Assembly (NCBI GenBank): GCA_041666945.1
Contig: JBAYFY010000002.1
Span: 64,701 to 128,700 of the forward strand
From: Candidatus Buchananbacteria bacterium
GTDB lineage: Bacteria > Patescibacteriota > Patescibacteriia > 2-01-FULL-39-33
Reading direction: 5' to 3'
Length of the DNA: 64,000 nt
In this document: one piece after another, positions 10,137 to 18,650 of the stretch
How positions within the stretch are numbered: position 1 is the stretch's first letter
Layout of the letters: the number at the start of each line of letters is the position of its first letter
Program-made: the position numbers and the translations under genes
The notes under the pieces: generated by a model
What the model was told of the DNA's origin: nothing
The model's input: only the letters and a program-made list of their open reading frames with translations
The model's database searches: none

Positions 10137-10356
10137 TTATAGTATCGTCATTTCCGCAATTATAACATCGTCATTCCCGTAATTATAGTATCGTCATTCC
10201 CGTAACTATAATATCGTCATTCCCGTAATTATAGTATCGTCATTCCCGTAACTATAATATCGTCATTCCCGTAACTATAATATCGTCATTCCCGTAACTA
10301 TAATATCGTCATTCCCGTAACTATAATATCGTCATTCCCGCGCAGGCGGGAATCCA
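10137..10356 (+). repeat. 9 x 23-bp tandem array ending in the palindromic element left end GTCATTCCCGCGCAGGCGGGAATCCA
   Basis: CGTCATT at 10146, 10169, 10192, 10215, 10238, 10261, 10284, 10307 and 10330; the last copy continues into the full hairpin. Confidence 0.95.
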
Positions 10357-10402
10357 GATATTATTTGATCCCCGGACATTTTTTAGTTCACTATACTCGC
10401 TG

Positions 10403-10474
10403 GGATCTCCGGATAAATCCTCCCGCTTACGCTTACGGATTTTCCGAACCTGCCTGCCGGTAGACAGGGATGAC
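10403..10474 (+). repeat. Palindromic element right end (..GATGAC) with nested CCTGCCTGCCGGTAGACAGG
   Basis: Near-identical 72-nt copy at 41751-41822. Confidence 0.85.
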
Positions 10475-10546
10475 ATTAGAGGATATTGGCCATTTTTGAA
10501 TTCCGAGGGTGACGTATAAGGAGATATTCTAATAGTAAATAGTAAT

Positions 10547-11950
10547 ATGAAACGATCAGAAATTATTATTTCCGCCGGTTTAGTGCCAATTGACTATTTA
10601 ATGGTGGTTTTAGCCGGCATCGCCGGTTATTATTTCCGTTTTTGGGAGCCGATCAGCTCTTATCGCCCGGTGATTTTTAATCTGCCGTTCCCGTATTTTT
10701 TGAGCTGGTTGTGGCTGATGGCGGTGATTTGGATTGTCACCTTCGCTTTGGCCGGCCTGTATAACATGCGCGGCACTTCGCGGGCGATTGATGAAGTGTC
10801 CAAAATCATCCTGGCTTCCACCGCGGCCGTGGCCATTTTGATGTTCTTGTTTTTCTTTTCCCGTTCGCTTTTTGATTCCCGTTTCATTATTTTGGCGGCC
10901 TGGGTTTTTTCTATTGTCTGCGTGATGTTCGGCCGCGGCCTGATGCGCTTCTTGCAGCGTCGTTTGTACGGCTGGGGCGTGGGCACTCATCGGGTGATTA
11001 TTATCGGCGAAGGCAACGCGGCCGATGAGGTGGTCAGGGAATTCACGGCTAATCCGCGCGCCGGCTATCGCGTTGTTGACCAATTCAAGAATTTTGATGC
11101 GACGACTGAAAAAGCGCTGCTGGAATTGAAATTGACGGACAAGTTTGACGAGATTCTGGTGGCGCGCGCCGATTTGTCAACCGAAATCTCGGAAAAGCTC
11201 CATGATTTTTCTTATGTCAATCACGTGGAGCTCAAGTATATCGCCGATATTTTTGATTTTCCCATTAATAATTTCGTCATTGATAATATTGCCGGCTTGC
11301 CCGTAGTGGAACTGAAGAAAACCAAACTGGACGGCTGGGGCCGAATCGGCAAGCGTTTGTTTGATTTAATAGGTTCAACTCTGCTGATAATTGTCGCGTC
11401 GCCGCTGTTATTGATTGTCGCTTTGGCGGTTAAATTCAGTTCGCCCGGGCCGGTATTTTTTGCTTACCAGCGCATCGGCGAGCATGGCAAGCCCTTTACT
11501 TATTTTAAATTCCGCTCCATGATCAAGGATGCGCATCAGCTTAGGTTTGACCCGAAATTCGTCAAGCAACAGGAGGATCTGCGCGAAGGCGGCCCCATGA
11601 TGAAATTCAAAAATGATCCGCGAGTAACGCCGATCGGCCGTTTGATCCGCCGTTTTTCCATTGATGAATTGCCGGAGCTGTTTAACGTGTTTTTCGGCAA
11701 GATGTCTTTAGTCGGTCCGCGGCCGCATGAAGTGGAAGAAGTGGCCAAGTATGAGAATTTCCATAAGCGCGTGTTGTCTATCAAGCCGGGCATGACCGGC
11801 ATGGCGCAAGTGTCCGGCCGCAGTGATTTGGATTTTGACGAGGAAGTCAGGTTGGACGTTTGGTATATGGAAAATTGGTCAATGAAACTGGATTTTATGA
11901 TTTTATTCAAGACGCCTTGGGCGGTGTTGAAAAAGAGGAAGGCGGCATAA
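10547..11950 (+). CDS. Polyprenyl glycosylphosphotransferase (WcaJ/WbaP-type sugar transferase)
   Basis: N-terminal TMs; KRLFD, FKFRSM, DPRVT, DELPEL, MSLVGPRP and KPGMTGMAQV. Confidence 0.93.
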   Translation: MKRSEIIISAGLVPIDYLMVVLAGIAGYYFRFWEPISSYRPVIFNLPFPYFLSWLWLMAVIWIVTFALAGLYNMRGTSRAIDEVSKIILASTAAVAILMFLFFFSRSLFDSRFIILAAWVFSIVCVMFGRGLMRFLQRRLYGWGVGTHRVIIIGEGNAADEVVREFTANPRAGYRVVDQFKNFDATTEKALLELKLTDKFDEILVARADLSTEISEKLHDFSYVNHVELKYIADIFDFPINNFVIDNIAGLPVVELKKTKLDGWGRIGKRLFDLIGSTLLIIVASPLLLIVALAVKFSSPGPVFFAYQRIGEHGKPFTYFKFRSMIKDAHQLRFDPKFVKQQEDLREGGPMMKFKNDPRVTPIGRLIRRFSIDELPELFNVFFGKMSLVGPRPHEVEEVAKYENFHKRVLSIKPGMTGMAQVSGRSDLDFDEEVRLDVWYMENWSMKLDFMILFKTPWAVLKKRKAA

Positions 11951-11974
11951 CCAGCTTAATTAACTTAAAAAAAT

Positions 11975-12178
11975 ATGACAAAAGTCAAACTGCAATTCGT
12001 TAAGAATCTGGTTTGGGGCCTTGTGTCCGAGGGTGTCATCGCCATTTTGTTCGGCATTTTGATTATGGTTTATCCGGAATTATTGAGCATTCTGGTGGGC
12101 CTGGCCTTGATTGTTACCGGCGTGGTTTCATTGTCGCTGGCGATTAGAGCCAACAAGTATTCCTCAATTGAGTTCTAA
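11975..12178 (+). CDS. Small membrane protein
   Basis: 67 aa with two hydrophobic helices; followed by a terminator. Confidence 0.7.
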   Translation: MTKVKLQFVKNLVWGLVSEGVIAILFGILIMVYPELLSILVGLALIVTGVVSLSLAIRANKYSSIEF

Positions 12179-12189
12179 AAAAGAACAAG

Positions 12190-12220
12190 AAAAATCCCGA
12201 CCAATTGGCCGGGATTTTTT
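12190..12220 (+). terminator. Intrinsic terminator
   Basis: AAAAATCCCG...CGGGATTTTTT hairpin plus T-run. Confidence 0.7.
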
Positions 12221-12224
12221 AGTT

Positions 12225-12495
12225 GTCATTCCCGCATCCCTTTCGTCATTCCCGCACTCCCTTCGTCATTCCCGCACTCCCTTCGTCATTCCCGCGTACC
12301 TTGTCTGCCGGCAGGCAGGGGCGGGAATCCAGGTTATAATTTTTTTTACGATACCCCTTCGTCATTCTCACTTTCGTCATTCCCGCACTTCCTTCGTCAT
12401 TCCCGCGAAGGCGGGAATCCAGATTTCTTGTCATTCCCGCGTACCTTTCGTCATTCCCGCACTCCCTTCGTCATTCCCGCGAAGGCGGGAATCCA
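12225..12495 (+). repeat. Cluster of GTCATTCCCGC elements (three full hairpins plus ~20-bp tandem partial copies)
   Basis: GTCATT at 12225, 12245, 12265, 12285, 12361, 12376, 12396, 12430, 12450 and 12470; the 12285, 12396 and 12470 copies end in GCGGGAATCCA. Confidence 0.93.
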
Positions 12496-12588
12496 TGCTA
12501 TCATTTTTTATGATACCTTTCTTTAGGAGAAAGGTATCACCAAAGAGTCGCGAGCGAAGCATAAATCATGGCTGGATTTTATGCTCCA

Positions 12589-12608
12589 CCTGCCTGCCGG
12601 CAGGCAGG
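12589..12608. repeat. 20-bp perfect palindrome CCTGCCTGCCGGCAGGCAGG
   Basis: Self-complementary; variants at 10449, 12299 and 41797. Confidence 0.9.
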
Positions 12609-12741
12609 ATTACAAAACTTTTCTGGTCACTCTCGCATAAAGTCGCACAAGATTTTGTTATGCTCGCATTTTGGAATACAAATAAAGAAATAAAATAAAT
12701 GCCTCGCCACATAATGCGGCGAGGCAGGGAAATCAAAAGAA

Positions 12742-13038
12742 CTACGGTCTTGTGGTTGGTGCTACTATCAATACATTGAGAACTCCCGATACAGGCGGAA
12801 TGTCTTTAATCAACAGATCCGATGTCGGGTTGGTTAACCGTATAACGTGAGTTACCAACCAGTAGCGGTTATCTCTGTCTATTGGATGTAGATTGGCCAA
12901 CTTCAGTGCTCCCTCATCAAGAAAGATGATGTCGCCTTTATGGATCGGCTCTGGCCAATCCAGAAGTATCGGAAGTATCGGCGACGTACCACGACCTGTC
13001 CCTCCAAATTCTACCTGGTAAGTGTGTTTTTCTCCCAT
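12742..13038 (-). CDS. Hypothetical protein
   Basis: 98-aa ORF with AAGGAG SD; hairpin downstream at about 12699-12727. Confidence 0.6.
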   Translation of the reverse strand: MGEKHTYQVEFGGTGRGTSPILPILLDWPEPIHKGDIIFLDEGALKLANLHPIDRDNRYWLVTHVIRLTNPTSDLLIKDIPPVSGVLNVLIVAPTTRP

Positions 13039-13097
13039 TTTTTTTCTCCTTTCATTTAGTCGCAGAAATTACTGCGACGAGGCATTGAAGGCGCGTT

Positions 13098-13268
13098 TTA
13101 TCTTGTGACTTCCAGCGCTACCAAAATAAATTCCTTGCCGTCCCGATGGAAGGTGGTCATAGCGGTAATTCGTTTTCCCTTTCCAGGGAACATATCTGCC
13201 CATAATCCTATTTGTGAATCTAAGGTTATTGTCACTTCAAATTCTTTAACATAGATGCTTGTTTCCAT
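13098..13268 (-). CDS. Small hypothetical protein
   Basis: Start METSIY with AGGAAG SD; promoter TTGACA-17-TATTAT at 13357-13385. Confidence 0.55.
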   Translation of the reverse strand: METSIYVKEFEVTITLDSQIGLWADMFPGKGKRITAMTTFHRDGKEFILVALEVTR

Positions 13269-13522
13269 ATTCTTCCTTTCTCTTTCTGTGTCATTAGTTT
13301 TTTTCGGCAATATGGCGCAAGCCACTGACCGTTTTTAACGTACTACATATCATCATATAATAGTATACATTAATAATTTTGTCAAGTAGTTTATCCACAA
13401 TTAAGATATTTTGTTTAATTTTAGGTATTTTTTTAAGGAAAAATCATTCCATTTTTTTATTTGTCGGAATTTTGTTATTATTAAAGAAGCTTATGGTCAA
13501 ATATGTTTTACGCGCCGCTCCA

Positions 13523-15706
13523 ATGGCCAAGGATTTTAAAATTGATTATGCCAAGGAGTTAAACGAAGATCAATACAAGGTCGTAACCGAGGGCTACGGG
13601 CCTTGTTTAGTTTTGGCCGGCGCCGGCTCGGGCAAGACGCGGACTCTGGTGTACCGCGTGGTGTATTTGTTGGAGCAAGGCGTGCCCGCTTCCAGCATAA
13701 TGCTCGTGACTTTCACCAACAAAGCGGCCAAGGAAATGTTGGAGCGCATTGAAGTGCTGCTTCACGGCGAGGCCAAGGGGTTGTGGGGTGGGACTTTCCA
13801 TCACTTGGGCAATCGGCTGTTGCGCATGTATGGCGAGCGCATTAATATCGCTAATAACTTTACGATTTTAGATGAAGAGGATTCTTTGACTTTACTCAAG
13901 AATTGTTTGAGCCGCAGTAATCCTCCGGAAGACAAATATTTTCCCAAGGCCAAAGTCATCCGCTCCATAATTTCTCTGTCGCAGAATCTGTGTCAGCCCA
14001 TCCGCGAAGTTATTGCCGCGCGTTACGATTATCTTAAAGACAGCTACTTGCCGTGTATCTTGGAAGCTGCTGATCTATACAAAGAACGCAAAACGCAAAT
14101 CAACGCGTTGGATTTTGACGACCTCCTGATCAAGTGGAACGAACTGCTGGAACAAGCGCCGGAAATAAAAAAGCGTTTGGGTGAGAAGTTCGCCTACATT
14201 TTAATTGATGAATTCCAAGACACCAACGCTTTGCAATCCAAAATCATCGCCAATCTGGCCGCGCCCCAGCGCAATATCCTGGCGGTGGGAGATGACGCCC
14301 AAAGCATCTATGGTTTTCGTGGCGCCGATGTCAACCATATTTTGGATTTTCCCAAGCAGTTCCCCGATGCTAAGATTTTACGGCTGGAGATCAACTATCG
14401 TTCCACTCCCGAGATTCTGGCTTTGGCCGATACTTCCATTAACCATAATGACGCCAAGTTTGAAAAGCATTTGAAAGCGATTCGGGCCAAGGGTGCTAAG
14501 CCGGCCGTGGCGGCTTTGACTGATAATTATCAGCAAGCGGAATTCGTCTGCCAACGGATTCTGGATTTGCAACGCGAAGATGGTTTGCCGCTTAACAGCA
14601 TGGCCGTATTATTTAGATCGCACTTCCAATGTCTGGAATTGGAAATGGAACTCAACAAGCGCAATATTCCATATCAGATGCGTGGGGGACTGCGGTTTTT
14701 TGAACAGGCGCACTTAAAAGATATCCTGGCTTACTTAAAAATCTTAGCCAACTTCCGTGACGAGGTTTCTTGGTTGCGGTTACTTAGTATGCAAGGCGGG
14801 ATTGGCGAGATGACGGCGGAAAAGATCTGGCAATGGTTAAGGCAATTTGATGGCGTTTCTTCAATTTTTTCTACATCTTCTTCCGTCATTCACGACCCCT
14901 CTTCCGTCATTCACGACCCCTCTTCCGTCATTCACGACCCCTCTTCCGTCATTCCCGCGCAGGCGGGAATCCAGCATAATAATTCAACCTGGATTCCTGA
15001 TCAAACCAGGAATGACATTTCCTTGGGCGCTAAGGCCGCCAGTGGCTGGTCGGCTTTAAAGCGCACGCTGGAAAAGATTGCGCGAATAGATAAAAATGAT
15101 TTACCGGCGCTTGTTACCGCTATTATTGATTCGGGTTATGAAAAATATTTGCAGGCCAATTATGAGAATTTTCAGGATCGGTTGGATGATTTGACGCAGT
15201 TGACAGAATTCGTCAAGTCCTATGACAGTTTGGAAAGATTTTTGGCCGATACCGCGTTGTCGGAAAACTTTCAGGGCCAATCGCGCGCGCCGCGGCCGGA
15301 GAATGGCAATGAACAAATAATCTTGTCCACCATTCATCAGGCCAAGGGCCTGGAGTGGCCGGCAGTGTTTGTGATCGGTTTGGCGGAGGGCATGTTCCCG
15401 CACGCCAAGGTTTATGACAAACCGGAGGAACTGGAGGAGGAACGCCGGTTGTTTTACGTGGCTTGCACCCGCGCCAAAGACCAGCTGTATTTGAGTTATC
15501 CATTGTTCGGCCGCGACAGCATGCTGCATCCGTCGCAATTTATTAAGGAACTGCCGAGCAAATTGTATGATCGCTGGGATGTGGAGGCGGGCGAAGACGA
15601 GGTGATTTACGTGGATGAAGAAGGGGAACGCGCGTCAGGTCCGGGCAAACGGAAGGGCATTTTGGATTTTGATCCGGAACTGGAGATTGAGGAATCGGAT
15701 TATTAA
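13523..15706 (+). CDS. UvrD/PcrA-family ATP-dependent DNA helicase with in-frame repeat insertion
   Basis: AGAGSGKT, TFTNKAA, LIDEFQD, VGDDAQSIY, NYRS, STIHQAKGLEW and EERRLFYVACTRA. Confidence 0.95.
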   Translation: MAKDFKIDYAKELNEDQYKVVTEGYGPCLVLAGAGSGKTRTLVYRVVYLLEQGVPASSIMLVTFTNKAAKEMLERIEVLLHGEAKGLWGGTFHHLGNRLLRMYGERINIANNFTILDEEDSLTLLKNCLSRSNPPEDKYFPKAKVIRSIISLSQNLCQPIREVIAARYDYLKDSYLPCILEAADLYKERKTQINALDFDDLLIKWNELLEQAPEIKKRLGEKFAYILIDEFQDTNALQSKIIANLAAPQRNILAVGDDAQSIYGFRGADVNHILDFPKQFPDAKILRLEINYRSTPEILALADTSINHNDAKFEKHLKAIRAKGAKPAVAALTDNYQQAEFVCQRILDLQREDGLPLNSMAVLFRSHFQCLELEMELNKRNIPYQMRGGLRFFEQAHLKDILAYLKILANFRDEVSWLRLLSMQGGIGEMTAEKIWQWLRQFDGVSSIFSTSSSVIHDPSSVIHDPSSVIHDPSSVIPAQAGIQHNNSTWIPDQTRNDISLGAKAASGWSALKRTLEKIARIDKNDLPALVTAIIDSGYEKYLQANYENFQDRLDDLTQLTEFVKSYDSLERFLADTALSENFQGQSRAPRPENGNEQIILSTIHQAKGLEWPAVFVIGLAEGMFPHAKVYDKPEELEEERRLFYVACTRAKDQLYLSYPLFGRDSMLHPSQFIKELPSKLYDRWDVEAGEDEVIYVDEEGERASGPGKRKGILDFDPELEIEESDY
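14878..15016 (+). repeat. Complete palindromic element plus 21-bp tandem copies inside the helicase gene
   Basis: CGTCATT at 14884, 14905, 14926 and 14947. Left end GTCATTCCCGCGCAGGCGGGAATCCAG, right end CTGGATTCCTGATCAAACCAGGAATGAC. Confidence 0.93.
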
Positions 15707-15718
15707 TCCCGTCGGTTA

Positions 15719-15747
15719 TTGACAAAATACCCCATGTTTCTTATTAT
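15719..15747 (+). promoter_or_regulatory. Sigma70-type promoter TTGACA-17-TATTAT
   Basis: Consensus spacing; boxA-like CAACCTTGAAAA at 15782 and AAGGAG SD follow. Confidence 0.65.
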
Positions 15748-15822
15748 ATTTATATTTGCATAATGCAAATAGTATTAATAGCAACCTTGAAAAACTATCA
15801 ACTGAAATGAAAGGAGATCAAA

Positions 15823-16203
15823 ATGTCTGTTTCCAAGGGCGGCGGAAAGCGTCAGAAAAAAAAGGCCGAATGCGCGGAGATAAATTTCAGCACCGGCCGG
15901 GAAATGAGTGATTCAAAATATACGATGCGTATTTATGCGGATAAAGGTAAAAAAGACGTTCCTTTTTTTGGTTTAATTAAAACAGCCGTTGAAAATCTTT
16001 ATGATGGTCTTTTTTATGAAGGTTTTAACAATGACCCGATACGGATTGACGCTTCAAAGGTTGAAGCGATCAAAAAAATAAGAGTTACGCTTTATGCTCG
16101 TAACCCGTATGACGGCAATTGCGATTTCTATTATTTGGTTCCTTGTTTTGATCCCGCAGCTGGACGTAGCAACAAAGTCATGTTTTGTTATCGTCGGCGA
16201 TAA
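15823..16203 (+). CDS. Hypothetical protein
   Basis: 126-aa ORF with strong SD and its own promoter; terminator-like hairpin at about 16262-16290. Confidence 0.65.
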   Translation: MSVSKGGGKRQKKKAECAEINFSTGREMSDSKYTMRIYADKGKKDVPFFGLIKTAVENLYDGLFYEGFNNDPIRIDASKVEAIKKIRVTLYARNPYDGNCDFYYLVPCFDPAAGRSNKVMFCYRRR

Positions 16204-16329
16204 TTTCGGGCGGATCGTCTGCCGCCAGTTCGTCCAATCAGTTGTTTTGTAACCGTTCCAATCCCGCGACACGATAGTTGCGGGTTTTTTGTTTGCTCAA
16301 AAATAAATAAAATGGTAAAATGCAGGCGT

Positions 16330-16878
16330 ATGCTAATGCTGATTGCCGTAACTTTTTATCTGCTTTTGCCCGCTTACCTGGCCAATATGGCTCCGCCGAT
16401 ATTCGGCCGTCTGGGGTTGCTTAAGCCGCTGGCCAAGCCAATTGACGGCGGCCGCAAATGGCGGGGAGAGTATATTTTCGGTTCAGGCAAAACCTGGCGC
16501 GGGGTTGTCGCCGCTGTGGTTTTTGGCATTCTTGTCGCCGGTTTGCAGGCCTGGCTTTTCACTTATCCGGCGTTTGAAGGAATTTCCCTGGTTGATTATC
16601 CGACGGTTTGGCCGGTGTTCGGTTTTCTGGCCGGGTTAGGCGCAATCTTGGGTGACTTGGCCAAAAGCTTTTTTAAGCGGCGAGTCGGCATCGCTTCCGG
16701 CGGCGCCTGGCCGGTGTTTGACCAGTTGGATTTTATCGCGGGATTTTTTTTATTCACTTGGGGACTATCCGCTTTGTCTTGGCAAGTTGTCGCGGCCGCT
16801 TGTCTGCTTACCTTGGTGCTTCATCCCTTGACTAACGTCATCGCTTATTTATTAAAATTAAAAAAAGTTTGGTGGTAG
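16330..16878 (+). CDS. CDP-archaeol synthase-like (CarS/DUF46) membrane cytidylyltransferase
   Basis: ANMAPP, PIDGG, GKTWRG, GDLAKSFFKRRVG and PVFDQLDF motifs; multiple TMs. Confidence 0.85.
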   Translation: MLMLIAVTFYLLLPAYLANMAPPIFGRLGLLKPLAKPIDGGRKWRGEYIFGSGKTWRGVVAAVVFGILVAGLQAWLFTYPAFEGISLVDYPTVWPVFGFLAGLGAILGDLAKSFFKRRVGIASGGAWPVFDQLDFIAGFFLFTWGLSALSWQVVAAACLLTLVLHPLTNVIAYLLKLKKVWW

Positions 16879-16981
16879 CTGTCATAAAGCCCGGACATCC
16901 GGAGATAAACCGCTATGATTATGGCGGTTTTTTTGTTTAAATTTGGCTATTTATTATTATATTAACCATAAGTAATTTATT

Positions 16982-17026
16982 TGTGGATAAAAAGCTCTTG
17001 ACAAAATACTTATGATTTGATATAAT
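16982..17026 (+). promoter_or_regulatory. DnaA-box-like TGTGGATAA plus perfect TTGACA-17-TATAAT promoter of the DGR target
   Basis: TTGACA at 16998-17003 and TATAAT at 17021-17026. Confidence 0.75.
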
Positions 17027-17140
17027 AATGTATTAGCAAAAGTCCTGTCGACTTATCTAATTCGTACCTGATAATGGTCGGTTTGGGGCTGGGGCGTGGT
17101 GTCCAGGCAATGAGCTGACCAAAAATAGGAGAGATAGAAC

Positions 17141-17857
17141 ATGGCAAGAAAGAGAACCAGAAAAGTGGAAGCGGTTATTTCGGCAATGGGCGCCTTGTTG
17201 GCGATTGTTGTTGATCTTGTTACCGCTATCCGTGAGCTCGGCGGTAATGTAGGCGAATGCCTGTACCGCCTATCCCAGCCCGAAGGTAAGGGAACTCTGC
17301 AGGCGATAGCTCGGCTGCTGGTAGAAACCAGTCAGCCGGTAACCGCGACCGCGACGATCGCGAAAGAAGCCGTCAGTCAGTATCTGACGACAGCCCATAA
17401 TGTAATTGTGGACTTCAGTCAGAACCTCGAGCAGATGATCGTGGCCGGTTGCTATAACTGGAAAAACGACAACATTACAGCCAACCATTTTCCCATCATG
17501 GGATCGGGCAAACAATCGGTTTTGATTGAGTTGTTGTGGTTCAATCAGTATTTTAAAGATGGCGACGAGGTGATTGCCAAGCTGGCCGAAGTAAATGCGT
17601 GGCTGACCGAGCAAAAAGCCGGCTACAAGTATCGCTGGGCAACCATAGCTGAACTCTTGGCCCTGGGTATTGCCTTCCCTGATCTCCAGCGTCAGTTCCC
17701 TATTGGTGCTTTGGGCTCGATTTGGCACCCGACCGGCCGCCGCCTTTTCGCCTGCCTCGGCAGGAGTGGCGCTGGGCGCTACCTGCGCCTGTGCTCTCTC
17801 GAGCTTGGTTTCGACGACTTTTGGCGCTTTGCCGTTGTCCGCGAGCAATCTTGTTGA
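17141..17857 (+). CDS. DGR target (variable) protein with C-terminal VR, probable C-type-lectin-like fold
   Basis: AGGAGAG SD; the last ~40 codons match TR; ends ...WRFAVVREQSC. The fold assignment is inference from other DGR targets. Confidence 0.9.
   Translation: MARKRTRKVEAVISAMGALLAIVVDLVTAIRELGGNVGECLYRLSQPEGKGTLQAIARLLVETSQPVTATATIAKEAVSQYLTTAHNVIVDFSQNLEQMIVAGCYNWKNDNITANHFPIMGSGKQSVLIELLWFNQYFKDGDEVIAKLAEVNAWLTEQKAGYKYRWATIAELLALGIAFPDLQRQFPIGALGSIWHPTGRRLFACLGRSGAGRYLRLCSLELGFDDFWRFAVVREQSC
17721..17842 (+). repeat. DGR variable repeat (VR)
   Basis: Ungapped 122-nt match to 18126-18247 with 25 mismatches, 24 of them at TR adenines. Confidence 0.96.
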
Positions 17858-17897
17858 ACCCTTGATCCCTTTTGTACCTTGACCCCCTTGAAATTTG

Positions 17898-17926
17898 TCC
17901 TCGCAATAACTTAGTTATTGCGAGGA
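17898..17926 (+). promoter_or_regulatory. Post-VR hairpin/cruciform (DGR homing cis element; may also terminate transcription)
   Basis: TCCTCGCAATAAC-TTA-GTTATTGCGAGGA: perfect 13-bp stem, 3-nt loop, 55 nt after VR. Confidence 0.8.
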
Positions 17927-18125
17927 TGTTTTATTTTTACGAATTTTTTCTTATACTTATAACAAGGGTTAATATTTCCGCGGTTACGGCTTCGGGATAC
18001 CCGAATAAAAAACAAGATTGCTTGGCGTCTGATGCTGGCGGGCTTTAAAGCCCCGAGTAAAATACAGCTGGAAGATACTGTTTTTACAGTTCGATCGGCA
18101 GTGTCATTGACGGCAGCAGACGAAT

Positions 18126-18247
18126 TTTGGCACCACACCGGCAACCGCAATTTCGCCTACCTCAACAGGAATGACGCTAAGCGCAACCTGAACCTGAACT
18201 ATCTCGAGAATGATTTCAACGACAATTGGCGCTTTGCCGTTGTCCGC
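18126..18247 (+). ncRNA. DGR template repeat (TR)
   Basis: AAC/AAT-rich invariant copy of VR with 32 adenines; A-free identical 3' end TGGCGCTTTGCCGTTGTCCGC. Confidence 0.95.
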
Positions 18248-18254
18248 CAGCAGT

Positions 18255-18614
18255 TTACTTTTCCATCCTCGCCGTTGGCGGGGATGTTTTTTCCAACCTT
18301 GTTTTCCATGACCAACAGAGCCGGCCGATTTCCTCTGTTTTAAGCGCCAAATTTTTAAATTTACTGTCGTCCAGCAGTTTCATTTCCCAGCACAGGCGTA
18401 GATAAAATTTCAATAGATCATTTTTGCCAATAGCCGCCTGGGCCAAGCCGAGTTTTTTGTCTTTGGGCGAATAATTGGCAACAGCCAATAATTCCAGCAA
18501 TTCCAAAAACAACTGATCCAGCCGCGCGCCCAAAGTGAAGCGCGAAGATTTGGGAAAGTTTTTCAACCAGTCGTGCCAGAGCTTGTAAGCAGTCGTGGCT
18601 TTATGCAAGACCAT
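18255..18614 (-). CDS. avd: DGR accessory variability determinant (Avd-like four-helix bundle)
   Basis: Basic helical ~119-aa protein with FPKSSRFTLG..LD, LKFYLRL and EIGRL..SW patterns; adjacent to RT. Start may be further upstream (18677). Confidence 0.85.
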   Translation of the reverse strand: MVLHKATTAYKLWHDWLKNFPKSSRFTLGARLDQLFLELLELLAVANYSPKDKKLGLAQAAIGKNDLLKFYLRLCWEMKLLDDSKFKNLALKTEEIGRLCWSWKTRLEKTSPPTARMEK

Positions 18615-18650
18615 AAAATTTTCGTCGGGAGGGGGGTTAAATGAAATATT

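Noticed and set aside
10137-10356. CRISPR array
   Set aside because: Units are near-identical 23-mers with no unique spacers, and there are no cas genes. The same applies to the arrays at 12225, 42701 and 45576.
12111-12698. 195-aa ORF (and antisense 12246-12434)
   Set aside because: It is a translation of the repeat cluster (VIPA.AGI, CRQAG) and crosses a terminator.
17858-17890. CCTTG(A) short repeats after the target stop as a separate element
   Set aside because: Too short to support alone; may be part of the DGR IMH/spacer before the hairpin.
18032-18343. 103-aa ORF over TR
   Set aside because: It is open because TR mirrors the VR frame (Asn-rich AAY codons), has no clear SD and overlaps avd. 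Treated as template RNA, though translation cannot be excluded.
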